This document shows, in pieces, positions 11,458-25,071 of a stretch of DNA of 64,000 bases. How positions within the stretch are numbered: the stretch's first letter is position 1; each line of letters begins with the position of its first letter. The notes under the pieces were generated by a model that did no database searches, had not been told where the DNA came from, and was given only the letters and a program-made list of their open reading frames with translations. The DNA comes from the human T2T-CHM13v2.0 reference genome, Homo sapiens. The stretch is from assembly GCF_009914755.1 (NCBI RefSeq), contig NC_060929.1; one strand, given 5' to 3'. Position numbers and translations under genes: made by a program.

Positions 11458-14210
11458 GTAAGTCAAGACAATATAATCGAGATGCGTCATTTTGCTGCTT
11501 CAGCCACATCCTTTAGTGAAGAACTAAATAGAATTTTGGGGCACTGACTGTCAGGCTATGACCATTTTGTGTCCTTCTCTTTGCTGTTCTCATGAAAGTA
11601 CATTCCAGAATAATCTCAACTCAACAAGTAGACACTTAGGATTTATGTTACATATCATTCCTAACGATTTAGGCTGAAATTTGGGATCTGTGCATGCGCC
11701 ATAGAATTGGCTATAGACTCTATTGTTTTAATTGGGAACACAGTTGAAATTATAATCTCATTGTATTATAACCTCGTTGTAATTGAAATCACTGAAATTA
11801 CATTAAAATTATAATTACCTAATTGCTTGAAATGAGGACTGAACTGTGAAGTGAGGAAGGAAGAGTTACCAAACCCACTGATGAGATTTGGTAATTTACA
11901 TAATTAAGTGGAATGGAGTTTGAAAAGTGACAGTGATTTGTTCACACCGGGGTGATTTCTAGGAAATATGCATATATAGCCCCCCACTCTCGGATTTAGA
12001 AAAGGTGTAAAAGCCATGTTTTGCAAATCCAATTACTGAAAACAGAGCATGTCTGGATTAAAAAAAATTTATATTTCACCCCTTCCTCTTCCTTGAAGGA
12101 AAGGCAGGAGGTTCATACATATACTCAGGGAGACAGAGTAGGAGTTTAGTGACTAGAAATAAATAGTGTGGCTTCAAAATCATAACGCATCAGCAGCACT
12201 CTAGAGTTGCTAAGCCCTGTATCCACCATTGCCTTATTAGTTACTGTAGACACCTACTGTGTGACTGGTGGGTGCTCTCATACCTGCCTGGCCCCCAGGG
12301 AGGAGGGGAGTGTAGGCTCACAGCCTTTCTGTGCAGGGGCTGGGCTTGGAACTGGCCCGGGGGCTGGCTCAGAGGAACTGTGCAGACAGGGAGAGCTCTG
12401 CAGCACCAGGTGCTGTCCTGGGGCTCATGTCTCCCATGCACCAGCCTCCTCGTTTGCCCTTTCCAGAATACTAACAAAACACAACAAAACATCCCCCCCG
12501 ATGTTCAATTTTGGCTAGAGAGCAACATGGAGTTAGAGGTGACAATGCTTTCACTTAGATCAGCTCTGAGACTCCCAGTTGTAGGCTTTGATTGCACCTA
12601 TGGGCAGGTGGGCCTCACTTACACAGCAGCTGCTTGTCAGAAGACTTTCATGTCACCACAACTGAATCGTATTCAAAATAAATTAATAAATTAGGTGGAC
12701 TCACTACTTAAACCAACTAATTAATGGGCAGTCTTGCAAAGTAGATTTGCTAGATTTTTGATGTGACTGTTTCTGATTTGCCTGTTTTTGATTCGCATTT
12801 TGTCTTTATCATGTTTACATGTGTCAGAAAACTTTCAAAGTGTACTGGATTCAGAGTCTCAAAGTCAGTCGGGATGATAGACATTTTACAATTTCTTAAC
12901 TTTCAAATCTTTATCAAATCTAACTTTCTCTTCCCCAATTCATATTTGGCAATGGGATTTTTGTACCAAAAAGTGGAACTTCACTTTTATTCTTCTACGC
13001 TCATCTTCATAGCTTCCACTCTAGTGACGGTGTGCTATGCCATGACTCAACTTTCAAATCTTTGTTCTACTTTTGAATTTGCATCCCTCTCAAACATGTG
13101 TCATCTGGAGACCGTGTCTTCTGCCTTGGTCCAAATTGCTGCAGAAAGCAAAACCACAGGGGCCCACTCCAGGGACACCGTGCCCAGGACAACACTCCCA
13201 TCAAGAGCTTACAGATCGTTGTCTGGGGAAAAGAAGCGAATTGTCTTTGAGTCAATAATCTACCCTCTGAAGTTAGCAAGTTTCTGGGTTCATTCAACAA
13301 TAGTGTCATCCGCACCCTCATATGCAAAGCATGCCATTCTCTCCTGTTGCTGTCAACCCAACCAAGCCTGACGTGGTTATTCCTAAAGATAGTTGCACCT
13401 TTTCCTTCTCGTTTTTTCCTTAGATTTGTGCTAGAAATTAGCCCTTCTCACGCTCACTTAACTAAGCTAAAAAAAAAAAAATTAAATCATGAAATAATCC
13501 CTTCTCTGGAAGAAAATGAGAAGTTACAATCCTAAAGGAAGTCCAGAGAAGCCTGTGAGAGTTTTCGTTTTCTGTTTGAATTAAATAAATAAATGTATAA
13601 GGTTGAGTTTAACACTTTTTTTGTGGGGGGTGAGATGTTCACTTATACACTTTCATTTGCATAATGCCTTCACTGGAATAACTGGCTAAATACAGACCTT
13701 ATGCCCATCACAAATTTGAATTTGCAGATTTCTCAGTGAGGAATACCTTCCCGAACAGGACAGTCCACCTACGTGCCCAGTTAGACTCTGTAGCTGGTGC
13801 GCAGCAGCTGTGTCTTTTGGTGACCTGAGCTAACATCAACTTCGAAAGTCAAGCGTGTCTGGCCCAGGTAATGTCACCAGCATGGCTAGGCCTTCCCACT
13901 GTGAAAACCTTAACCAATATTCACTCTGTTGGTCCCTGGGGCCTCCCAGTGGGCCACACTTTCCCATCACTGAGGACCCCTCCTTAACCCAAGGCCACCT
14001 CTCAAGCATGTTGGGATTTAGAAAAAAGAACAGGGGCTGCTCTTTTCATCTGGGTTCCAGATTCCCCTGACTGTCATTTGACCTGGGAAGATAGTGAGAG
14101 ACGTGAATGAGCTCTGAGGGTCCCAGGTGCCTTGCTGAATGGCCTTGTCACCCTGGGGTGGGCTGGGGTTAAGACCTCTGCTCTCCTGAAAAGCTCAGGG
14201 AAGCTTCTCA

Positions 14211-14508
14211 AGCCATGGGCAGTGACTCATGCCTTTAACCCCAACACTTGGGAGGCTGAGGCAGGAGGATCACTTGGGCCCAAGAGTTTGAGATCAGCCT
14301 GGGCAACATAGTGAGACCTTCATCTCTACAGTTTTATTTTTAATTAGCCAGGTGTGGTGGCACACACCTGTAGACCCACCTACATGGCTGGCTGAGGTGC
14401 GAGGATTGTTTCGGCCCAGGAATTGGAGGCTGCAGATGAGCTAGGATGATGCCACTGCACTGCAGCCTGGGTGACAGAGGCAGTTATTTGTCTCTAAAAC
14501 AAACAAAC
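14211..14508 (+). mobile_element. AluJ (Jo/Jr-like)
   Basis: J diagnostics ggaggatcacttgggcccaagagtttgag, gggcaacatagtgagacc, gaggctgcag; diverged. Confidence 0.92.
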
Positions 14509-15869
14509 CACCACCCAACCAAAAGGAGGAACTCAGAGGAATGGAGAGCTGCTCTCCTTAGACGTGGCATGGGCCAGATCTGGCTGAAGTTTGGCTTTGA
14601 AGCCAAGCCTTGGACCAGCTACACAGAGAGAATGGCTACCCTCCCCGGTGAGCCTTTCCACCATCACAGCCTACCTCCCGGATGCCTTCTACCTGCTCTG
14701 GGACAAGATGGATGCTGGGGTTACCCCCGGGTCCTGAAGAAGAAACCTGATGGAGATAAAAAGGGAACTAGCAGGAAGATCTGAGGATGCAGAATGGAGG
14801 TATAATGGCTTTTGCCAACCAATGTCTTTTGGGAAAAACATGAACTTTATTATTATTCCTTATGAGTGTTTATAGAGAAATAAAGGAAAATCTAATGATA
14901 GAAATGAACACAATTTTTCAGTTTCAAAGCTGGCCTACAAAAGGAATTCTGGCTTGAAATGTGGATGTTTCTATTTAGTATGAAATAAGCCCTGGCTAAT
15001 GTCTGCACTTATACATTTCCAGCCCAAGGCTTAGCTGATTTTGGAAGAGTGGAGTGATGGAACCATGTGTGACCATTGCCTCAAAACCCAGTCAGACACA
15101 GCCCAGGAAATACAGCAAATGCCAAGAGACAGCTAGCAGGAAGCGAGGTGGAAGGATTTGAGAGAAAGGAAACTTATCATGTCCTGCAGTTCAGGTGAAG
15201 AGCCATATAGTGGAGAATGTAATTGAAAGCCTTGGAGAAAATGGCCCACAAAGCCATCACTGAGAAATACCCATAAATTTCAAACCAGGAGCAATGTTTC
15301 TACATTTTTATGGGATCCTGAAACTCTGGGGCAATGGTGGATTTGTCACTGCTGCTGTGATACCCTGAACTTATCTACTTCAGCATATACCATTTATGCA
15401 CAAGCAGTTTGTCATTTTGATCATTTCTGCGGGTTAGGCTGAAATTTGTCTTTCTGTTACCTATGTTTACAGTGCTTACTGTTGGAAAAAATTGAAAGCT
15501 TTGGAAGTTCATCACAAAAGATAAATTCCAAAAGCCAAAAGTTTCTGGATAGTGTGACAGTCCCTCAGCAAATTTATTTTATTTTATGGTCTGAGAGAAA
15601 GCAACTGTGTTGTGACGGCCGTTACCTTGAACCTACTAAACTCTCACCTGTGCGGGAAGAGTCCCGTGGTGGAGCTGACTTTGACAGAGGCCTGGAGGAA
15701 GCACCCGCAGGAACAGGTGTGAAGGGTCAAAGGCCGTGTGCCCTGTGGTGTTGGCCTATGTCTTTCTCCCAACTAATTTTGGGTAGGAAAGGAAAGCATA
15801 TTATATTGGACAAAGTTAAATTGTATTATATTTCTGAGTCTTTAGCCTATAACACACAGAAAGTCACAC

Positions 15870-16445
15870 CTATTATATTTCCATCATCACCATAATAAAT
15901 TACCCCAGACGTAGCATTTAAAATAGCATAAATTTGTCATCTTACCATTTTGTAGGTCAAGGTTCAACACGGGGATGGCTGGACTAAGATCAAGGTGTTG
16001 CAGACTGTGTTTGCTCCTTTCTGGATGATCTGGGGGAGAATCCATCCCCTCGACTTTTCCAGCATCTAGGGGCTCGTTCACTGGGATTGCTGGTGGAATT
16101 CAGTTCGCTGAGCTCCTGGGACCCAGGTCCCTGTTTTGGTGCTGGCTGTCAGCCGAGGACTCTTCCAGCTTCTCCAGATTGTCTTCATTCTGTGGCTCAT
16201 GGTCCACTTCCTTTGTCTTCACAGCAAGCAGTGGTGGGTGGATTCCCTCTCACGTCACAACTCTGCTTGTGAGGCCTTGAGTGGATTAGATTGCATCCAC
16301 AAAGATTATCCGGGATAATCTCCCCATTTCAAGATCCTTTGTCTTAATCTCATCTGGGAAACTTCTTTTGCAGTGTAAGGTCACATTGCACGGGTCACAG
16401 GGTTAATCTGCTCATCTTTGTGTGGGGAGTCATCATTCTCCCTAT
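15870..16445 (-). mobile_element. MLT1 (D/E-like) LTR
   Basis: 'ctaagatcaaggtgttgcagactgtgtt...tctgggggagaatccatccc', 'ggataatctccccatttcaagatcctt', 'tgtaaggtcacatt'. Confidence 0.8.
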
Positions 16446-16478
16446 TTTCTCTACTGTACAATATAATATATTGTATGC

Positions 16479-16544
16479 ATTAACCCCATCTTATTTGTGT
16501 TATTAAGTTCCTATAAATGTAATAACAAGTAAGATGGGGCTAAT
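16479..16544. repeat. Inverted repeat / 66-nt hairpin
   Basis: attaaccccatcttatttgtgttatta pairs with taataacaagtaagatggggctaat; 14-nt loop. Confidence 0.85.
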
Positions 16545-16904
16545 ATTTATCTTGCGTACTAAAAGTGAGTAATTTTGTGCTGATTAAAAATATTCTTACT
16601 TACTTAACATTACCTTCTAAAGACTTTATCTAGTGGGTTCATTAGGATATGGTTAAAATTATTAAAATTGAATTGCTTTACAGTATATTCGATAATCCAC
16701 TCCTCTTTCTAATTCAGGCTGGCCTACACTATTCGCTGACATCAGATATAAGTAGGAAGCTACCATACACCTGTGTATACCTCAGGTCTGGGCCTTAGCC
16801 TGCAGCTTCCCTGGGCCCTGCTCAGCTGGGATTCCCAATACTTTTTACTCAGGGGTGCTGCCATTCTTCTCAATCTCTTCTTTTTTTCAAAGGGCTTGTT
16901 TAGT

Positions 16905-17080
16905 GTGTGGCTTCCCCACTGGAAGTTGTGAGGGCAAGGATCACCTGTGTTCTGTCATTGAGCATCCAAACTTAGTGCACTGTGTCTACAGAAAAGTAGG
17001 TTCTTCATAAACGATGATAAGCTTGAGATACAGGACGAACGAATGGATGCATAGGTGGCTAGATGGATGGATGAATCAAT
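16905..17080 (+). mobile_element. L2 3' end fragment
   Basis: 'ccccactggaagttgtgagggcaaggatcacctgtgttctgtca' followed by a (gatg/gaat)n tail. Confidence 0.6.
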
Positions 17081-17214
17081 GATTCTGTAGAATAGATTCT
17101 TGAATTGAGAGGTATTTTCCTTGCAATAACTCTGGCTTTCATTCAATACTTAGATTCTGTGATCCTGTAAGTCTGGCCCTATTAGGAAAATAATCCTTCC
17201 TACTTAGATAGTTC

Positions 17215-17385
17215 CGTATGCTGTTTAAACATTGTCACATCCATTGTTTCCTTAGTTCACCCACAGCTAGGATAGATAGATCTCATCCTTGTATGTAATA
17301 CTTGGAGGTGGAGACTCAAAAGCTAATTAGTTTGAGAGAAAGGACAGAATTCCAGACTCTTCATTTCCAGTCCAATACGTTTGTT
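17215..17385 (-). mobile_element. MIR fragment
   Basis: Degenerate MIR-like 'tcacatccattgtttccttagttcacccacagc...gagactcaaaag...catttccagtccaa'. Confidence 0.35.
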
Positions 17386-18717
17386 CTATGTTCAGTCTTG
17401 GGCACAATCAACAATTCACCAGGCTATTAAACCCACACATATGCAAATGTTGACAGAATGTGTGGATCTAATGTCCAAATTCTGGTTTTAAAAAGTGGAG
17501 GTAGAATTCTTCCTGAACCACAAAGGCAAGTCCCAAGCCCCAGGGAGGGCTGTGTGTTTGAGCAGGAACATCAGGGTCTTCAGTCATCTCTTCCAGGATC
17601 GTCCCTTATTAGGCAAGATCTTTCTTTACAATATAGATCTTTTTGAATATTTGTATTTTTACAATACATTAAACACGAATACTATGTTTTCAAGATAAGA
17701 GGAAGATATGTGTCTAAAATATGTGGTTCAAGGGACTGTAGGGCTCTAAAAATCTCGAAGTCCAAAATTATAGTTTCTACGTGTTGAGGGTCGGTCTTAC
17801 TGGTCTCAACATGTATTCTGGCATCCGCCAGAGCCACTGTACAGAGAAGAGCTGAGCAACTTAAGCTGAGTCTGAGGGGGCACTTTAGAGACCAAAACCA
17901 GAAGGCATTGTCAAATCTAGTAGACAGTCACGCAGGTTGTGTTTACTACATCTTCTTTCCCTCAAAAACCCTCACAACATTATCTGTACATCTTAGCCTT
18001 AGTCTCCATTATATGACTTTTGCCTTTTTTCCTGCAGTTAAAAATAAATACATTCAGGAATCATTTTCCTGCAAAGATAACCCTTAAATGTTACCATTTG
18101 AAAGAAGGTATGGTTTTCTGTGTATCCTTAAAGGACAACAGCCCTCAAATTCTGTCTTTCCAATAGGATCCTGGTGTACCTTCCCTCAGACCCAATGAGA
18201 TGGGCACATACTCCCATTACACCCCTTTCTACAGCAAATGCAGACTTGTTTTATGACACTTGATGGTATTAAGCTTTGTTTCCCAAGAGATTGGTATTCT
18301 GTGTTCCAAGCGTCTGCACCTTGACTAATTTACACCATGTGAACTTCTGGAGACGATTTGCTCTGTGTCGTCAGATTGGAGGGTCTGCAAGCTGCTACCA
18401 GAGGAGCTCAGAAGCCTCATGGTTTTCCTTTCATAGAAAAATGTACACCACAAGAATGGAAGCAGCCTGACAAATGACCAACGCTTACAGAAATCCCTGC
18501 CATTTGTACTCCAGGATTTTGGAACGTGTTTATTTTCTTGTTGTTTTTATTTCAGTGTCTGCTTTTGAGAGCCAACCTGGCTTTCAGGGACTATTACCCA
18601 GGGTAAAATGTTTCCATAGAAACCTCCTGCTGAGACATATTGGGCAAATCCTCATTTTGAATCTAGTTCATAAATAATCATTAAGGGTTTGTTTTATTAT
18701 ATTTAAAGATAGAATAG

Positions 18718-18792
18718 AAAAAGAAACAAGAGGAGAAGAAGGAGAAAGAGGAAGAGGAGAAGGAAGAAGAGGAGGAGGAAGGGGAAGAGGAT
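18718..18792. repeat. GA-rich low-complexity tract
   Basis: (gag/gaa)n purine run. Confidence 0.85.
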
Positions 18793-19669
18793 CAGAAAAG
18801 CACACGCCCTCAATGTATTGTTGGCTATTAAGCTAAATTGGCTTGTTTCAAGCTTCTTTTAGCAAGATCTTTCTTTAAGAAACACTGTAATATTGATTGT
18901 CTGAGTGTATGCATCTGGAAACTTTTTCCTAAGTAAGTCTTGACTTGAATGGCTCTGTAAAGTGCTTGCATTTGGAGAAAAACAACAACGAAATGCTTCT
19001 CTGTGTGGATGAGCTCCACAAGCATGTGGGGGAGCACACTGGGTGTCTCAGCATGTGTGTGGGGATGCGTGGTGACATAATGACTTGCTCATAGCAGAAG
19101 CACATCCAGCTCTGTTTTACGTGGAAACAGCACATCATGAATTAACTGTCATGCTCCATCCGTGTTCACCAAGATACATAAACATGTGCTGCTTTCAGGC
19201 AGGTAGCACCCCTATCTTCAGAGTGACATAAAAGACACACAAAATGGATAAGATTCCTGCATTATCTTCCATAACGCAGACTGGTGGGTAATAGGTAAAA
19301 TGATTTGCATTATTTATCTTTGTAGAATTAATATCACTCCTTCAATAAGATACTGTACTTGTCACTGGATTTTATTGGTCTTTAGTTTGTAATGACACAA
19401 AAACTCTTTAGATCCACACTATCTACAGTCTCTAGTCATCTTTTGTAGAATGAATCAGGTTATAATAATTGATGTTTTCTTGGTAAGACTTCTCCAAAAC
19501 ATGTACCAAAGTCTCCAAGATGACTGTGTTGCAGCTATAGCTCCTGCTTCAAGACTGCTTATTTGGAAAGGCCTCCTCCCTTGTGGCAGACTGGGACCCA
19601 TTCTTTAGGTTCAATCACACAGTAGCCAACTTGCCTGCTTCATATTTGTAATTGAAATATTGTTTGAAC

Positions 19670-20100
19670 AATGAGTCAGGATTTTCAGTTGTAAGCCACA
19701 GAACAACGTCTGGCAGATTTATGAAAAAATGATTGTGTTTAAAGGATGTTGGGGATATCACAGACTCCCTGGAAAGGCTGAAGAATGAGGCGTGAGGCTG
19801 TACACAGCCAGGGACCATCAGCACTGAGGATACCCTTCCTTGGACCACACTCAGCTCTGAGGGCTGGAACAGCCACCAGGGAAGGGCTTGGGGCTGGACC
19901 TCAGACAACTTCCATACCACGAACATGATCTTCTCACAGCCAATAAGTATTTTACAGGCTTGCCTGGATCCCACATAAACCTCTAAGGTGAGAGATTAGG
20001 GCATGCATTTGTGCCCCAGATCTGAGGGGCCTGGGACAGGGAGCTAGGGAACAGGGTCTCCACATGAAGGGAGACTGGGCAGATGCTGAGCAGCCAAAAC
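19670..20100 (-). mobile_element. Old MLT1 (K/L/N-like) LTR
   Basis: 'gagtcaggattttcagttgtaagccacagaac...aaaggatgttgggg...tcacagactccctggaaaggctgaagaa'. Confidence 0.55.
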
Positions 20101-21484
20101 ACATTGGCAAAAAAAAAAAAAAAAAAATCCATTGAAGGCAGTTATTTAACTCATATCTCCCTCACTAAATGATAATCTCCATGAGATCAGGGGCTGTGAA
20201 ACCCTATGAATCTCAAGACTCAACAGAGAGCAGCACTGAACCACAAACACTTGAGCAAAGGGCTAGACTGAGTGATGCACTTGGACGCATGCCTGTGGCC
20301 ATTATTATTGTTATTACTATTATTTGCTGTAACCTCCATAGTCCTAGCCAGGTTCCAGGGGTTGCTAGATAGTTCATATTTACCACCTTACTGGTTCATG
20401 GTCTTGGATCAGGTTGCCAGCACAAAGTCCCCTATGTTTACTCTTTCTGGCCTCACTGATGGAACCATTCAAGATCTAAAACACAAAAATCTTTCTAAAT
20501 GACGGCAATAACAATGAGAAAGAAGCTGAACAGTGCATGGTTAAGGTGATTTTTCCCCTAATAGCACCACTGTTAGAGACATTGGCTGACCTTGGGGAAT
20601 TTTAAGAGGCTACCTGGAAATAGCACTGCCCACAAGAAGATGCTCAGCTGCACTGCTGGACCCCTTGTGCGGAATGTGATATTAGAACCATCTCAATAGC
20701 AACTAAATTGGTTAACTATGAGAACGAACTTTGATTCTAAAACCACTCATTGGAAAAAAAAAATAGATGCTTGGATTAAAAAATAATTCACTTGGCAGGA
20801 CACCAAATATAAAATATATCTCTTGGTTTGTGTAAATTTTGCCTGGAGGCAGGTAAGCAGACCAAATTGCTCCTTTAGATTCTTTGAGCTTTTATAATTT
20901 TGTAATAATTAATATACAATTGGACACCTTGAAAAATTGACAAATGATTTATTTGCTTAAAAAATATATAAGAAACAATTTTCTCTTTCCACAAAGGAAA
21001 AGGAGCTCTGCTAATAAAAAACATCACAATGTGGGAAGCTTGTCTATAAAACACACAACGACCTTTTTCTTTTTCACTCAGATTCACCAACATGCAAACA
21101 TATGGCCTGAACCACACACTCATATCCTGGCTTTCATATTTATGAATATTATTGAGCAGGAGGAGGGTTGAGCTACAGCATATTCTTCCATCTCTGGGCT
21201 TCTTAAAATAGGGACCATACCCCATGTTCACTTTGCATTTTCCATCGTATATATTAGACCTATCTATTACCATCTATCTGTCTGTATATACATATTATCT
21301 ATCTATCTTTCTGTCAAGTGTCTATCATTTAGCTACCCATCCACCTAAGTATTGTAGTTGTAATTAAAAATAATGCATAGATGAATACACATGAAAACAT
21401 AGACAATGCATATCTCCATAATGCATAAAGAGTATTTTGTAGTTTTCTTATTTTAGGAAATGTATTTGTCTTCTAACATTCAGA

Positions 21485-21640
21485 GACTCATAGATTCATA
21501 CAGTCAGGAGGCCCTGTGTGACCACAGAATATCTAAAGTGCCTCCTTATCTCCAAAACGAAGAAAGAGGAAGCTCGGAGCAGAGAAAGAGCTTGTCCAAA
21601 CTCACTTACTTCTTAATGGCCTGCTGGAACTAGAACACAT
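21485..21640 (-). mobile_element. MIR (MIR3-like) fragment
   Basis: 'gaagaaagaggaagctcggagcagagaaagagcttgtccaaactcac...ctggaactagaac' resembles the MIR core. Confidence 0.4.
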
Positions 21641-23210
21641 TTTAACCTATGTTGCCCATATTTATTTTGTTGATGTATGTATCACACCAGAGGAAGCTAA
21701 AGTTAATTAAACATCACTCATCTGTCATCCTCTGTTTTAGCATGGTTTCCATGGTACAATGCAGCAAAGTTTCTGTGAGGAAGGTCTAAAGTTGCTTCCC
21801 ATGATTGCAGTCCCATCCCAGGTAGGTGGAAAAAGAACAGGCTCTTTTCTACATAGAGATCACAGTGGTGGGATGGGAAAAGTCATTGCTAATGGACAGA
21901 GAAGGCTCATCTCATCCACTTTACTGCTGTCCATTCCACCCTCAACTGTCTGTTCACGAAGATTAGTCATTTACTTTTTTCTGGTTTTCTTAGCTAGGAT
22001 GAGCTTTCTTTTCAACAATCGAGATTGTTTCTTTTATAATGAGGCCCGGCTCCTCGTTCTGTTGTTTCTTCTATAATGAGGCCCTAGCTCATTATTATTT
22101 TATTCCTGTTTCTGTTTTCATTTCATAGTGTTCAAAGATTATAAGTAATATCATCTCATTAATTCATTGCTGGCAGGAACAAACACCCAGAGATGTATAA
22201 TTATAATGACTTTGGCACAAATCTTTAGCAGAGTCTGGGGAATTTTGCCTGTAATTCAAAAGTATCTGTGCCTGTGGAAATCCTTCATAAAGCAAGCCAC
22301 CAAATTACCTCTAACTGCTTTTATTATGGTGAACGATGGTCTTTCCAAAGCGGTGCACATAGTATTACACAGGATGCAAAAATGGCTCTGGCCAGACTGT
22401 CATCTACATATTTTTTGAGCATTCCAGGGATAGTATTATTGTGCCAGACAGAGGACAGAGAGGTTTTTACCGTCCCACAGCACCCCTGATATGGCCAAGG
22501 CTTCTCAGTTGGAAAAGATGGCTCAGTGAAAACTCTTCCAAACGTTGATGGATTCACCCCAAAGTGCAAATTCTATTAGCAGTTCCTCTGCATGACAGTT
22601 GCTAGTAGGGGAGCTTGATGCATAAACAAACAGGCTCTGGGGAGCTCCCTGAACTACATTTATTAAAATGCAAAAGTTTGATCTGATAAGCTGGTGGTTC
22701 CAGAAATAATTTTTATTCAACAAACAGAAACAATCTTCAAATAGAGAGCTGAGACTGAACGACCATATTTCCCCATTATGTGTATCATCAGGCGTACGAT
22801 TAGCAATGACATCCCAGGGATTTGTCACGGCTGAACTAGCAGCAGGATAAGCCCAGGTAGCAGTCCTAAAATTCTGATTGTAAGTGAATGCAGTAAAACA
22901 CCTGGAGTTGTTAATAAGAATAAAATGTCTCTAAGTTTCATATTAGTTTATATAATTTTTCCCCATAATTAAAACTCCAGATATCTTATTCCATTCAACT
23001 TCACACAAGCTTCATAAAAGCATTGTCAACTAGTTTCATAAACTATTGTGGGAATTCTAAAGACACATGTGATTTCTTCATCATTTATTTTCCAAGCTAG
23101 TCATTAAATTATTCCATACGTTTTCACAGAAGCAGAGAAGCTAAAAAGCTTACATAACATTGTCATGTGATTCCATCCTCCTGTTTTAGAGGTCACTGCT
23201 AAAGTCTGTT

Positions 23211-23516
23211 TTCTTTTCCTTTCTTTTCTTTTCAGACAGGGCCTCACTGTGCCATCCAGGCTGGTGTGCAATGGCACGATTTCTGCTCACTGCAACCTCC
23301 ACCTCGCCAGCTCAAGTGATCCTCCCACTTCAGCCTACTGAGTAGCTGAGACTACAGGCCTGTGCCACCACACCACGCTAATTTTTCATACATTTTTGTA
23401 GAGGCAAGATATTGCAATATTACCCAGGCAGGTCTGGAAATCCTGAGCTCAAGTAATCGGCCCGTCTCAGCCTCCCAAAGTGCTGGAACTACAGGCATGA
23501 GCCACCGCGCCTGGCC
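23211..23516 (-). mobile_element. AluJb
   Basis: ctcaagtgatcctcccacttcagcc, tcctgagctcaagtaatc, ends gagccaccgcgcctggcc; near-TSD tctgttttctttt/tctgtttctttt. Confidence 0.94.
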
Positions 23517-24947
23517 TCTGTTTCTTTTTAATATTAGTGTTAATATAGTAAAATTTAGGTGAATCAATCACTTTTTTCTTAAGAACTGTATTGATATATT
23601 ACATCATTCTTTACAAATAAAGACAGCTTTTTTTTCTACTTAAAGATTTTTGCATGTCACCATAATCAGAGTTCTATATAAGTTCCGTTGCAAGAAACAG
23701 AAATATAATTGACCCTTCTACAAGGACTGTTCATTGGCTAAGCCGATAAGTTTTCAGAAAGTTTCTCGCTATTGTGATTTTCAAGAGACATGGGAAGATA
23801 AAAGAATGGTAGGGTACAGTAATGCCTTACACATATTCAAAACTTAATCGAGAAGATATGACATAAATAAAGGCAGAAAATGGTGAACTAGTTATATGAC
23901 TGTCTTTATAAGAAAAACGTAAATAGAGCCAGGGTGGCTGGATCCACTTTCTCTTGTTGCCGTAACATTTGCCTCCATTCTCACAGTGGCAGCATCCCCA
24001 CCAATGTACTGGTGCCTCTGCAACTTCTCAGTTGCTCTTATTTCAAATATCTGACATTTAAAAAGAGCACTTAAAAATATCAACGCAAAATGTGATTTAT
24101 ATCTCTGCAGCGAATCAGAACAACCTCATATGTCTCTTGCTCAGGCAAATGGTCTTGGTTCACTGGTCTTCTAAAATGATATAAATGATACCTGTCTTTT
24201 CTCTGCTTTGGGGAGGGTGGTTGAAATTCCATGCCAATTTATACACTGCTGTCAACGCTTCTGCCTTTTAATGATATCTCTTAACTCTTCTGTTGAGACT
24301 TCAAAAAAATATTTCATTAAGCTACTTCTTATTTTAAATATCTTGCCTATCCTCCAGGTTCCTGTGATTCTGATCATTCCCCAGGCTGCCTCCACAGGCA
24401 TGAGGCAGAAGTAAATGAGCAAAAGTATTCATTATTTCTGCTGCCATGGAAAGTGCCAGTGTTTCCTACACCTGTTTGGAAATAATTACTGTGCAATTCA
24501 CAACTAAAGGATGCAAGTTGCAAAGCCTCTCTGAACACACCTCAAATCTTGTATTTCTGGCCTTGTATAACTGGTCCAACTTTTAAACACCTGCTATTAT
24601 GACTTGCATGAGTGAGTTCTAAAACTTGTCAATATTTATATTTATTTTTGAAACTTGGACAACTTAAATGACAGATTCTATTGCAGCTGCATCTTTTCTA
24701 TTACAGACCGTTCATATTTTTTCTACATGGATTTTGCATGTAATAATGATGAAGTGTTTATCTTTTACTTAGTGAGTGATTATTGCTAAAAAGAAAAGGC
24801 AAATCATATACACCAAAAAAGGGCTATTTTCTTTTGCCATTTAAATGTTAGAGGTCTCATTGTAATCTTTTTGTTTGTATCCTAAATATGTGTCTTATCA
24901 CTATAGAATATGGGTTATTGTAGAACTTACTATTATGGAGGTAATTC

Positions 24948-25071
24948 TTTTAAAGGGAATATATATATATATATTTTAAGGGAATATATATATATATTTT
25001 AAGGGAATATATATATATTTTAAGGGTATATATATATATTTTAAGGGAATATATATATGTATATTTTAAGG

